From NCBI RefSeq assembly GCF_000019605.1, contig NC_010482.1, positions 780,001 to 812,000 of the forward strand: 32,000 nt of DNA, read 5' to 3'. Position 1 is the first letter of the stretch. The number at the start of each line of letters is the position of its first letter. Both the position numbers and the translations under genes were made by a program. Of this stretch, positions 24,429 to 32,000 are shown piece by piece. Below the pieces are notes generated by a model. The model saw only the letters and a list, made by a program, of their open reading frames with translations, ran no database searches and had not been told where the DNA came from. Source of the stretch: Candidatus Korarchaeum cryptofilum OPF8 (GTDB taxonomy: Archaea; Korarchaeota; Korarchaeia; Korarchaeales; Korarchaeaceae).

Positions 24429-25403
24429 ATGGCTCATGAGATCCTCTACCTTTCCTATAAGGATGTTGAATCCCTCAACTTAGAGCCCGATCTAATTATA
24501 GCCGCTGTTGAGGATTCTTTCAGGCAGAAGGGGTTGGGATTAGTTGAGATGCCTCCTAAACCTGGGATACACCCCAGGAAGGATTCATTCATACATGCTA
24601 TGCCTGCTTATTTGAAGGGAAGCGATGCAGCTGGTCTTAAGTGGATCTCTGGGAATCCTGAGAATCCGAAGAGAGGGCTCCCTTATATAGCTGGGATACT
24701 CATCCTGAACGATCCTGAGACCGGATTTCCGATAGCTGTGATGGATGCTACCTGGCTGACGGCTTATAGGACAGCAGGAGCTACTGCTGTAGCGGCCAAG
24801 TACTTAGCCAGGAGGGAGAGCGAAGTACTAGCTGTTTTGGGTTGCGGGACTCAAGGTAGGTCCAACACGCTTATGTTGAGCAAGATACTGCCGATAAAGA
24901 CGGTTAGGGCTTACGATATTAATGAGAGAGCTCTAGCGAGTTACGAAGCTTTCGTGAGGGAGAGGGTGGGAATCGATGTGATTAAGGCATCCTCCCCGAG
25001 GGAAGCCATTGAGGGCTCAGATGTCATCGTCACAGCGGGCCTCCTCTTGAAGGAACCGAATCCTGTAATTGAGGCTGATTGGGTTAAGCCCGGGGTCTCA
25101 GCTTTCCCGCTGGACTACGATTCCTACTGGAAGTCATCTGCAATAGCCTCAATGGATAAGTTCTACACGGACGATATTGAGCAGCTCCTCTATTCCATAA
25201 AGGGGGGATGGATAAGGCCAATAGAGAGGATCTCCGGGGAGCTGGGGGAAGTGGTCGCTGGGAAGAAGCCGGGGAGGGAGAGCGAGAGGGAGAAGATAAT
25301 GTGCATGAACTTGGGTTTAGCCTGCCATGATGTAGCCGTTGGGAAGCTCATATATGAGGAGGCGAGGAGGAAGGGCGTAGGGACTCATCTGCCCTGGTTG
25401 TGA
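24429..25403 (+). CDS. ornithine cyclodeaminase/mu-crystallin family NAD(P) enzyme (includes archaeal alanine dehydrogenases)
   Basis: 324 aa with LTAYRTAGATAVAAKYLAR and a VLGCGTQGRSN Rossmann motif. Overall OCD-family layout. Confidence 0.85.
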   Translation: MAHEILYLSYKDVESLNLEPDLIIAAVEDSFRQKGLGLVEMPPKPGIHPRKDSFIHAMPAYLKGSDAAGLKWISGNPENPKRGLPYIAGILILNDPETGFPIAVMDATWLTAYRTAGATAVAAKYLARRESEVLAVLGCGTQGRSNTLMLSKILPIKTVRAYDINERALASYEAFVRERVGIDVIKASSPREAIEGSDVIVTAGLLLKEPNPVIEADWVKPGVSAFPLDYDSYWKSSAIASMDKFYTDDIEQLLYSIKGGWIRPIERISGELGEVVAGKKPGRESEREKIMCMNLGLACHDVAVGKLIYEEARRKGVGTHLPWL

Positions 25404-25413
25404 GGGTAGGATC

Positions 25414-26847
25414 ATGCACTTCAGTGTAGTGAATGAGTTCATAGACTCTAGGGCGGATGCTTTCTTCGAGATAGCGATTAAGATATGGGAATATGCTGAG
25501 CTAGGTTTGATGGAGTTCAAATCATCAGAGCTCTTAGCCTCGGTCTTGGAGAGGAACGGATTCTCAGTTAAGAGAGGAGTTTCTGGGATGCCTACAGCTT
25601 TCATAGCGAGCTGGGGTGATGGGAAGCCAGTCATAGGCCTTCTTGGGGAGTACGACGCTCTACCAGGCCTCTCCCAAAAAGCAGTCCCCTGGAGGGAGCC
25701 TCTGGTCGAGGGAGCCCCTGGGCACGGGTGCGGGCACAACATACACGGGACCTCAGCCCTAGCTTCAGCTCTAGCGGTGAAGGAAGCCATGGAGAAGCTA
25801 GGCATAAAGGGGACTGTGAGGTTCTACGGGACACCAGCTGAGGAGAACTTCAGCGGGAAGGTTTACATGGTCAGGGATGGCCTCTTCGATGATGTAGATG
25901 CTGTCCTCTCCCATCATCCATCCGATATGAACGCCGCAACTCTTCTGAGTAGCTTGGCTGTGAGATCCTGCAGGTTCCACTTCTTCGGAAGGGCTTCTCA
26001 CGCCTCCGTATCCCCTGAGGAGGGGAGGAGCGCTCTAGATGGCGTTGAGCTGATGAACATAGGGGTGAATTACCTGAGGGAGCACGTGATACAGGAGGCC
26101 AGGATCCACTACATCATAGAGAGAGGGGGAGAGCAGCCCAATATAGTGCCGGAGTACGCCAGGAGCTGGTATTACATAAGGGCCCCTGAGGTAGATCAGC
26201 TGGAGAGCATATTCGAGAGAGTAGTTGATATAGCCAGGGGAGCCGCTTTAATGAGCGGGACTAAAGTGGATGTTGAGATCTTAGATGCCATGTACAACGT
26301 TATCCCGAACGGGCCTATCGCCGCTAAGATAGTTGATAACATGAGATCCCTGGGCGTCCCCGAGCTGAGCGAGGAGGAGAGGAGATTCGCTGAGGAGATA
26401 GCTAAGACCATTCCGATACAGACGAAGGAGAATGAGCTGAGGAAATCTAAGAGGCCTGGATGGGAGAGGTTAATCGATAAGTTGATCGATGACGAGGTCC
26501 CAGAGCCCTGGGGGGATGGGGATTACATGATGGGCTCCACAGATGTGGGGGATGTCAGCTGGAAGGCCCCTACAGTCGAATTCAATACTGCTACCTGGGT
26601 CTTGGGGACTCCAGCTCACTCTTGGCAGAGCACAGCCCAATCCGGCTCCCCTCTAGCGAGGAGATCTTTGATCTTCGCCTCAAAAGTTATGAGCTTAACT
26701 GCTCTCGACCTCCTCACCGATGAGGATCTGCTAGAGAGGGCGAAGGAGGATCATTTGAGGAGGCTCAGGGGCAGGACATACAAGCTCCTCATTCCGGAGA
26801 GCTTAACTCCTCCCCTGAACTTCTGGAGGGATCAGTTCAAAGTTTAA
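25414..26847 (+). CDS. M20-family amidohydrolase (AbgB/aminobenzoyl-glutamate hydrolase subunit B-like)
   Basis: 477 aa with a GHGCGHNIHG metal-binding motif, GTPAEE and a dimerisation-domain insert. The length is typical of AbgB-like M20D enzymes. Confidence 0.8.
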   Translation: MHFSVVNEFIDSRADAFFEIAIKIWEYAELGLMEFKSSELLASVLERNGFSVKRGVSGMPTAFIASWGDGKPVIGLLGEYDALPGLSQKAVPWREPLVEGAPGHGCGHNIHGTSALASALAVKEAMEKLGIKGTVRFYGTPAEENFSGKVYMVRDGLFDDVDAVLSHHPSDMNAATLLSSLAVRSCRFHFFGRASHASVSPEEGRSALDGVELMNIGVNYLREHVIQEARIHYIIERGGEQPNIVPEYARSWYYIRAPEVDQLESIFERVVDIARGAALMSGTKVDVEILDAMYNVIPNGPIAAKIVDNMRSLGVPELSEEERRFAEEIAKTIPIQTKENELRKSKRPGWERLIDKLIDDEVPEPWGDGDYMMGSTDVGDVSWKAPTVEFNTATWVLGTPAHSWQSTAQSGSPLARRSLIFASKVMSLTALDLLTDEDLLERAKEDHLRRLRGRTYKLLIPESLTPPLNFWRDQFKV

Positions 26848-27012
26848 AATTTTGACGATAAAGTTTTATCCGGATATACCCCATTTAAGTTTTTATGTAC
26901 AGCCCAGTTTGCGTAGCTGGAGTAATTGTTTAAGAGGAATTATCCATAAAAAATATACAAAAAATTCCGATATTGGGAATGCATAGGGATGCTTTCGGCA
27001 TCCGATAGTTAC

Positions 27013-27020
27013 ATTTATAA
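27013..27020 (+). promoter_or_regulatory. TATA-like box for the amino-acid ABC importer operon
   Basis: ATTTATAA. The predicted TSS (about 26 nt downstream of the box centre) falls after ATG 27035, which argues for ATG 27053 as the real start. Confidence 0.45.
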
Positions 27021-27052
27021 GTAAGCCTCCCCGGATGCCAAGGGGTCTTCAT

Positions 27053-28366
27053 ATGAGGAGAGGTATATCGACCCCGGTTTTAGCCCTACTCCTAATAGTA
27101 GTGCTATTAATCGGTGTAGCAATCGGCTACTTCATCCCGAGGCCAGGAGCGGCTCAGACCGTGACAGTAACAGGTGCTGCGACTACCGTAACTGTTACCG
27201 CTCCAGCAGCAGGGGGCCTTCCGAGCGAGATACCGTTCGGAGTGATCGTATCCAGGAGCGGTTCTTGGTCCTCCTCAGGCCTTCAGTCGGAGGTCATAGC
27301 TAAGATAGCTGAGAACGACATAAATGAGTTCTTGAAATCCATAGGGCAAAACGTTAGATTCAAGTTCTACTTCGAGGATGATGAGACAAATCCAAGCTTG
27401 ACACTTCAGAGGGCTCAATCCCTCGCTGCAAAGGGGATCAAGGTTATATTCGGATCACTGACGAGCAAGCAGACGAAGAGCTTAGCTGAATTTGCTAACA
27501 CACAGAAGGTCATAGTTGTGAGCTCAGCGTCCACAGCTCCCAGGGAGAGAGTGGCTCCTCCAGGTGGTTACCTATTCAGGTTTACCGCTGAGTCCTCAAC
27601 TCCTGACTCCAAAGCCCTGCTCAACGTTCTCAAGACATTAGGGATAAAGTACGTCGTCGTCATAACGATAGACGACACATATAACTTGGCAGTTAGGGAT
27701 GCATTCGTGAGCCTGGCCCCGCAGTACGGCGTCACTGTATTGCTCAATGCAGTGTATCCACCTGATATGAAGGACTTCTCAGCGCTATTGGATCAGATGG
27801 AGGCCGCTGCCAAGCCTTACATCGATAAGGGGGAGAAGGTGGCTGTATTCGACAACGGATGGCAGGAGGATCTCACACTGCTCCTGACACAAGCTAATGC
27901 CAGGAAGAGCTTCCTGCTCAATCTACAGTGGATAACTCCAGATACTATATACCCTGCTGATGTCGTGCTCAAGAACGCTGCCGATCTAGCCTCTAAGACG
28001 AAAGTCGTATGCGTGCAGTACACAGCGCCGGATACTCCTCTTAAGAGGAGGATAGTGGAGACTGTCAAGAAGGAGATAGGTATGGAGCCCGATATATGGG
28101 CCTTACAAGCATATGATACCGCTTGGGTGCTCGCTCTATCTACGCTGCTGGCTGGGAAGTATGACGCTGACGCTATAAAGGCTGCTATACCCTACGTGGC
28201 CAAGATGTACTGGGGAGTGAGCGGGAACCTTGAGCTCAACGAGAAGAACGACAGGAAGTCGCAGAGCGAGGAGATATGGGCTGTAATAAATAACAAGATG
28301 GTACTTGTGGGTATGTACGACCCCATTTCGGACAGCATAACCTGGTATCATCCCCTAGGTTCTTAA
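27053..28366 (+). CDS. branched-chain amino-acid ABC transporter substrate-binding protein (type 1 periplasmic-binding fold), membrane-anchored
   Basis: N-terminal TM anchor (VLALLLIVVLLIGVAIGYFI), then a Thr/Val-rich linker (TVTVTGAATTVTVTAPAAGG), then a LivJ/LivK-like body. Followed by livGFHM-type genes. ATG 27035 is the alternative start. Confidence 0.8.
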   Translation: MRRGISTPVLALLLIVVLLIGVAIGYFIPRPGAAQTVTVTGAATTVTVTAPAAGGLPSEIPFGVIVSRSGSWSSSGLQSEVIAKIAENDINEFLKSIGQNVRFKFYFEDDETNPSLTLQRAQSLAAKGIKVIFGSLTSKQTKSLAEFANTQKVIVVSSASTAPRERVAPPGGYLFRFTAESSTPDSKALLNVLKTLGIKYVVVITIDDTYNLAVRDAFVSLAPQYGVTVLLNAVYPPDMKDFSALLDQMEAAAKPYIDKGEKVAVFDNGWQEDLTLLLTQANARKSFLLNLQWITPDTIYPADVVLKNAADLASKTKVVCVQYTAPDTPLKRRIVETVKKEIGMEPDIWALQAYDTAWVLALSTLLAGKYDADAIKAAIPYVAKMYWGVSGNLELNEKNDRKSQSEEIWAVINNKMVLVGMYDPISDSITWYHPLGS

Positions 28367-28380
28367 ACATCACCCTAACC

Positions 28381-28386
28381 TTTTTT
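28381..28386 (+). terminator. T6 tract after the binding-protein gene (possible attenuating terminator)
   Basis: TTTTTT lies 15 nt after the stop at 28364-28366. Confidence 0.35.
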
Positions 28387-28486
28387 AATTCTGAAGTGGC
28401 TGTATCACGCTCTACAAATCTTGCGATAGATTTTTAAGAAACCGATAAGTCGATCGATAGCTCGAGACTCTGAGGAGGGTACATTC

Positions 28487-29239
28487 ATGATATTGAAAAC
28501 CGATAAGCTCGTCAAGAGGTTCGGGGGCTTGATAGCTGTTAATGAGGTCAGCATAGGGGTTGAAGAGGGTTCAATAACGCTACTGATAGGTCCGAATGGA
28601 TGCGGGAAGACCACTTTCGTAAATACAGTGAGTGGCTATTACAAGCCCGATGGTGGCAAGGTCTACTTCATGGGTGAGGATGTTACGGGTTCACCGCTGC
28701 ACAAGATGTATGAGAAGGGTTTCGTGAGGACCTTCCAGATACCCTCTCCCTTCCTCCAGTTATCTGTGCTAGAGAACCTCCTCCTTGCGGCTAGGAACAA
28801 TCCCGGTGAGTCCTTCACGAAGCACTTGCTCAAATCATCATGGAAGAATTATGAGATGGAGGCCGTCGATAGAGCGGTTCAAATAATGAAAATCCTGGGT
28901 CTAGAGAGCTACTGGGATAAGGAGCCGGCTTCTCTCGATGCTGGAGCCCTGAAGCTAATTGAGATAGGTAGAGCTCTAATGTCCGGGGCTAAAATGGTCG
29001 TTCTAGATGAGCCAATCGCGGGAGTGAACCCCAAGCTCGCTCATAATATATTCTCGCACATAGTTAAATTGAGGGATGAGATGAAGCTCACTTTCCTGAT
29101 AATAGAGCATAGGCTCGATATAGCTCTAAAATACGTCGATTTCGTGTATGCCATGCATCAGGGGAGGATAATAGCGAGTGGGACGCCGGATGAGATAGCT
29201 AGGAATGAGCAAGTCAGGATGGTGTATATAGGTGGTTGA
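28487..29239 (+). CDS. livG: branched-chain amino-acid ABC transporter ATP-binding protein LivG-type
   Basis: KRFGGLIAVNEVS, Walker A GPNGCGKTT, Walker B VVLDEP and a degenerate signature (LDAGALK). GAGGAGGG lies upstream of the ATG. Confidence 0.85.
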   Translation: MILKTDKLVKRFGGLIAVNEVSIGVEEGSITLLIGPNGCGKTTFVNTVSGYYKPDGGKVYFMGEDVTGSPLHKMYEKGFVRTFQIPSPFLQLSVLENLLLAARNNPGESFTKHLLKSSWKNYEMEAVDRAVQIMKILGLESYWDKEPASLDAGALKLIEIGRALMSGAKMVVLDEPIAGVNPKLAHNIFSHIVKLRDEMKLTFLIIEHRLDIALKYVDFVYAMHQGRIIASGTPDEIARNEQVRMVYIGG

Positions 29240-29240
29240 T

Positions 29241-29948
29241 ATGCTGAGGGTCGAGAATCTGAACTCGGGTTATGGGAAGTTACACGTGCTATATGATGTC
29301 TCGATAGATTGCGGGAAGAAGGAGATAATCTCAGTGATCGGTCCTAATGGTGCGGGGAAGACGACTCTACTTAATAGCATCTTCGGGATCGCCGACATTT
29401 ATTCAGGCAGCATAAAGCTCGATGGTGAGGAGATCACGAAGCTACCCCCTCACATCATAGCGAGGAAGGGAGTAGCATATGTGCTGCAGATGATAAACAT
29501 ATTCTCAGAACTCTCAGTAGATGAAAATCTGAGAATCTCGATGGCCCTCTCCGGGGATAAGAGTTCCGATATGCTGGATTATGTGTACGAGCTCTTCCCA
29601 ATACTTAAGGAGAGGAAGAAGCAGAGAGCTGGAACTCTCAGCGGGGGGGAGAGGCAGATGCTAGCTATGAGCATAGGGTTAGTGAGGAACCCGAAGCTCT
29701 TGCTACTAGATGAACCTACGGCAGGCCTTATGCCCCTATACGTGAATCTTATAATGAAGAAAATAGGTGAGATAAGGGATCAGAAGGGTTTGAGTATAGT
29801 TTTGGTTGAACAAAACGTTCAGAAGGCTCTTGAAGTTGCTGATAAGGTTTATGTGATCGTGAGCGGTCAGGTGGTCTTCAAGGGCCTGCCCTCGGAGCTC
29901 ATGGGCGAGAGGGAGATAATGAAGCTTTATTTGGGGATGGGTGATTGA
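29241..29948 (+). CDS. livF: branched-chain amino-acid ABC transporter ATP-binding protein LivF-type
   Basis: MLRVENLNSGYGKLHVLYDVS, GPNGAGKTT, LSGGERQML and LLLDEP. ATG 29241 is 1 nt after the livG stop; GTG 29232 is the ORF-track alternative. Confidence 0.85.
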   Translation: MLRVENLNSGYGKLHVLYDVSIDCGKKEIISVIGPNGAGKTTLLNSIFGIADIYSGSIKLDGEEITKLPPHIIARKGVAYVLQMINIFSELSVDENLRISMALSGDKSSDMLDYVYELFPILKERKKQRAGTLSGGERQMLAMSIGLVRNPKLLLLDEPTAGLMPLYVNLIMKKIGEIRDQKGLSIVLVEQNVQKALEVADKVYVIVSGQVVFKGLPSELMGEREIMKLYLGMGD

Positions 29949-30863
29949 ATGCAGATTGCTATCTCCGTTGGTACCTTTATGCAAGCCCTTGTTTGGTCCT
30001 CCATACTTTCATTAACCGCTATAGGGATTACTCTACTTTATAGGACTACAAGGGTTCCCAACTTCGCTCACGCATCCTTCGTAACGACTGGCATATATTC
30101 ATCAACGATAGTCTGGGTTTTCGGCTTCCACCCGTACTGGGGGATACCTCTCGGCTTCATCCTCGGTGGCTTAGTGGCTGTGCTGCTCTTCTACATGCTG
30201 GAGCCTCTGAGGAAAAGGAAGGCATCGATATTCCTCCTCATGATAGCCACTCTCTCCTTCGATATACTCATGTACGGAGTCCTCAACATCCTAGCTGATA
30301 CGCTCCAATTTGAGTTCAAGATACTATCAAGAAACATCTATTTTGTCCCAATGGATTTCGATATAGCGGGAATCAGAGGAATAGTTCTCATCTCACTTGC
30401 GGCATTTCTCGTCACGATGATAGCGCTCCAGCTCCTGCTCTACAGGACGAACCTGGGGGTAGCATTAAGAGCGTGCATGGAGAACCCATCGTTAGCGCAG
30501 ACCTTGGGAATAAATGTCTCGAGGATGCTCCTGATCTCTTGGTTCATAGCGGGAGCTACTGCTGGAGTAGCTGGGGCATTGCTCCCCTTCTATCAGATGT
30601 GCAATACCTACACCGGTACCTACTATCTAGCTGAGATGTTCTGCGCCAGTACAGTGGGTGGACTTGATTACCTAATAGGGGCACCTATTGGAAGTTTCCT
30701 GCTTGGATTTGCAAAGATATTGCTTCTCTCCTCCCTAGCCTCGGTGGTAGGCCCCGATATAATAAACTACATGATGATAATACCCCTGAGCATATTGGTG
30801 ATAACGCTCGCAGTATTGCCCACGGGCATAGCTCCCTTAATAATGAAGAGGAGGGGTGTTTGA
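29949..30863 (+). CDS. livH: branched-chain amino-acid ABC transporter permease LivH-type
   Basis: 304 aa and polytopic. The ATG abuts the livF stop, and the position and size fit LivH. Confidence 0.8.
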   Translation: MQIAISVGTFMQALVWSSILSLTAIGITLLYRTTRVPNFAHASFVTTGIYSSTIVWVFGFHPYWGIPLGFILGGLVAVLLFYMLEPLRKRKASIFLLMIATLSFDILMYGVLNILADTLQFEFKILSRNIYFVPMDFDIAGIRGIVLISLAAFLVTMIALQLLLYRTNLGVALRACMENPSLAQTLGINVSRMLLISWFIAGATAGVAGALLPFYQMCNTYTGTYYLAEMFCASTVGGLDYLIGAPIGSFLLGFAKILLLSSLASVVGPDIINYMMIIPLSILVITLAVLPTGIAPLIMKRRGV

Positions 30864-30864
30864 G

Positions 30865-31923
30865 ATGGAGCAGATACTTGAGAATATCATAATGTTCGTC
30901 ACGAGCTTCATAGCAGTATATTCTGTGTACCTGATAGCTAGCGTGAGCTTGAACATACAGAGAGGATACGCTGGTATTCCGCAGTTCGGGTTGGTCTTCC
31001 CCATAGCTGGGGCCGCATACATAATGGGGAACCTCTCCATAAATCTAGCCGTGCGGATCCTCGGGATAAAGACAGAGTTAGATCCGATATACGAGAGCTC
31101 GGGTGTGATAGCCCTGATAAACCCCATCCTTAGCTCTAATCCCCTTCTATCGATAGCCTTCTTCATACTGTGTTTGATAATCGGTGCGATAGTCGGCGCA
31201 ATTCTCGGGCTAATTCAGGTCGGTCCAGCGATAAGGCTGAGGATCGATTATCTAGGTTTAACGCTCCTAGCGTTCGGTGAGATAGCGAATGTAATTGCTA
31301 GAGCTTATAGGCCATTGATAGGTGGAGAGTACGGAGTTCAGGTTCCATCGGTCTTCGGGTGGGCTGGGAAAAATACTATCGTTGCTATGACAGCTGCCAT
31401 GCTCATAATAGCCCTGATCATATACGCTTACGCTGAGTACTTAGGGAGGACGCCGATGGGGAGGACTATGAAGGCTATAAGGGATAATGAAGTCGCAGCC
31501 GCTGCTTTAGGCAAGAGCTTAGTGAAATACAGGGCTATAGCTATAGTGATAGGATCCGCATTCTGCGGGATAGCCGGTGTCCTATGGGCCTTCTTCAACG
31601 GGAGCGTGATGCCAGGGCAGTTCGTGAGGTTCAACTGGACCTTCCTCCCCTGGCTCATGATATTACTTGGAGGCATAGGTAATAACAGGGGTGCGCTCGT
31701 AGGTACTACTGTTTTCGTCGCCTTGGACAGGTTCATAACTTACTACAAGCATGAGTTCGTGGGCCTCCTGCCCTTCGATGTGATCTGGCTCTATCAGATC
31801 CTCCTCGGTGCTATAACAGCCTTCATACTGATTTACAGGCCTCAGGGAGTCCTTCCTGAGAGGCCATATATACCTAAGGACGTTAGGGAGAGAGTGAAGA
31901 GCAGTATAGCTAGCTCCTCCTAA
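30865..31923 (+). CDS. livM: branched-chain amino-acid ABC transporter permease LivM-type
   Basis: Polytopic, with a conserved cytoplasmic loop (GRTMKAIRDNEVAAAALG) typical of LivM. ATG 30865 is 1 nt after the livH stop and GAGGAGGGG lies upstream; GTG 30856 is the alternative. Confidence 0.8.
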   Translation: MEQILENIIMFVTSFIAVYSVYLIASVSLNIQRGYAGIPQFGLVFPIAGAAYIMGNLSINLAVRILGIKTELDPIYESSGVIALINPILSSNPLLSIAFFILCLIIGAIVGAILGLIQVGPAIRLRIDYLGLTLLAFGEIANVIARAYRPLIGGEYGVQVPSVFGWAGKNTIVAMTAAMLIIALIIYAYAEYLGRTPMGRTMKAIRDNEVAAAALGKSLVKYRAIAIVIGSAFCGIAGVLWAFFNGSVMPGQFVRFNWTFLPWLMILLGGIGNNRGALVGTTVFVALDRFITYYKHEFVGLLPFDVIWLYQILLGAITAFILIYRPQGVLPERPYIPKDVRERVKSSIASSS

Positions 31924-31928
31924 CTCCC

Positions 31929-31934
31929 TTTTTT
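31929..31934 (+). terminator. T6 tract after livM
   Basis: TAACTCCC-TTTTTT-ATTATT immediately downstream of the stop at 31921-31923. Confidence 0.45.
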
Positions 31935-32000
31935 ATTATTCACCTCAATTTTCCAGCTGGTGATACCTTGGAGGTCCTGGCTAAGCTCGGGGGTTGGGAA

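Noticed and set aside
27158-27199. Repetitive ACN/GTN stretch (TVTVTGAATTVTVT) that looks like a nucleotide repeat.
   Set aside because: It is the Thr/Val-rich linker between the membrane anchor and the body of the substrate-binding protein, which is common in archaeal binding proteins. It is not an independent repeat element.
1-32000. Searched by eye for CRISPR arrays, tRNA/rRNA genes, transposases or integrases and long terminal inverted repeats.
   Set aside because: No regularly spaced repeats, no tRNA-like acceptor/T-arm sequences in the short intergenic regions, and no transposase- or integrase-like ORFs. The only accessory-looking element is the vapBC relic.
31960-32000. Possible start of another gene (GTG 31960 or TTG 31968) at the window edge.
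   Set aside because: Only about 11-13 codons are visible, so neither frame nor identity can be supported.

Overview
The window looks like an archaeal chromosomal segment. No search was run, so every family call rests on motif recognition in the supplied translations. Arg codons are mostly AGG/AGA and Ile is ATA-rich. AT-rich TATA-like boxes sit about 25 nt upstream of many start codons, which suggests leaderless mRNAs. TTG/GTG starts and ATGA/TGATG stop-start overlaps are frequent. The gene content suggests a thermophilic, anaerobic, peptide-fermenting archaeon of the Thermoproteota/Korarchaeota type, but that taxon is a guess. I call about 40 protein genes and found no rRNA, tRNA, CRISPR array or intact mobile element. 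In order, the window contains:
- an HdrC/HdrB-like pair plus a CooT-like Ni-binding mini-protein
- an SDR epimerase
- a decayed vapBC toxin-antitoxin relic
- an Lrp regulator followed by a translationally coupled operon of a small polytopic membrane protein and two paralogous radical SAM/SPASM enzymes
- pdxS-pdxT
- a class-V PLP enzyme
- a tungsten aldehyde:ferredoxin oxidoreductase (AOR) neighbourhood with a MoaD-like protein, a radical SAM/SPASM maturase, a 4-cluster polyferredoxin, an FAD/NAD(P) oxidoreductase and an HTH_10 regulator
- a divergently transcribed pair of His-rich polytopic membrane proteins of unknown function
- a universal stress protein
- several small membrane or hypothetical proteins
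- an orphan protein plus an ABC-2 exporter
- PadR
- a UbiE-like methyltransferase plus Thi4
- an ornithine cyclodeaminase-family enzyme
- an M20 amidohydrolase
- a complete LivJ-type branched-chain amino-acid ABC importer

The most interesting candidates are:
1. the membrane protein plus twin rSAM/SPASM operon (3858-6537)
2. the multi-component AOR module (9714-15237)
3. the His-rich 12-TM/6-TM membrane pair (15293-17264), which shares a 55-bp divergent control region with the AOR-partner operon
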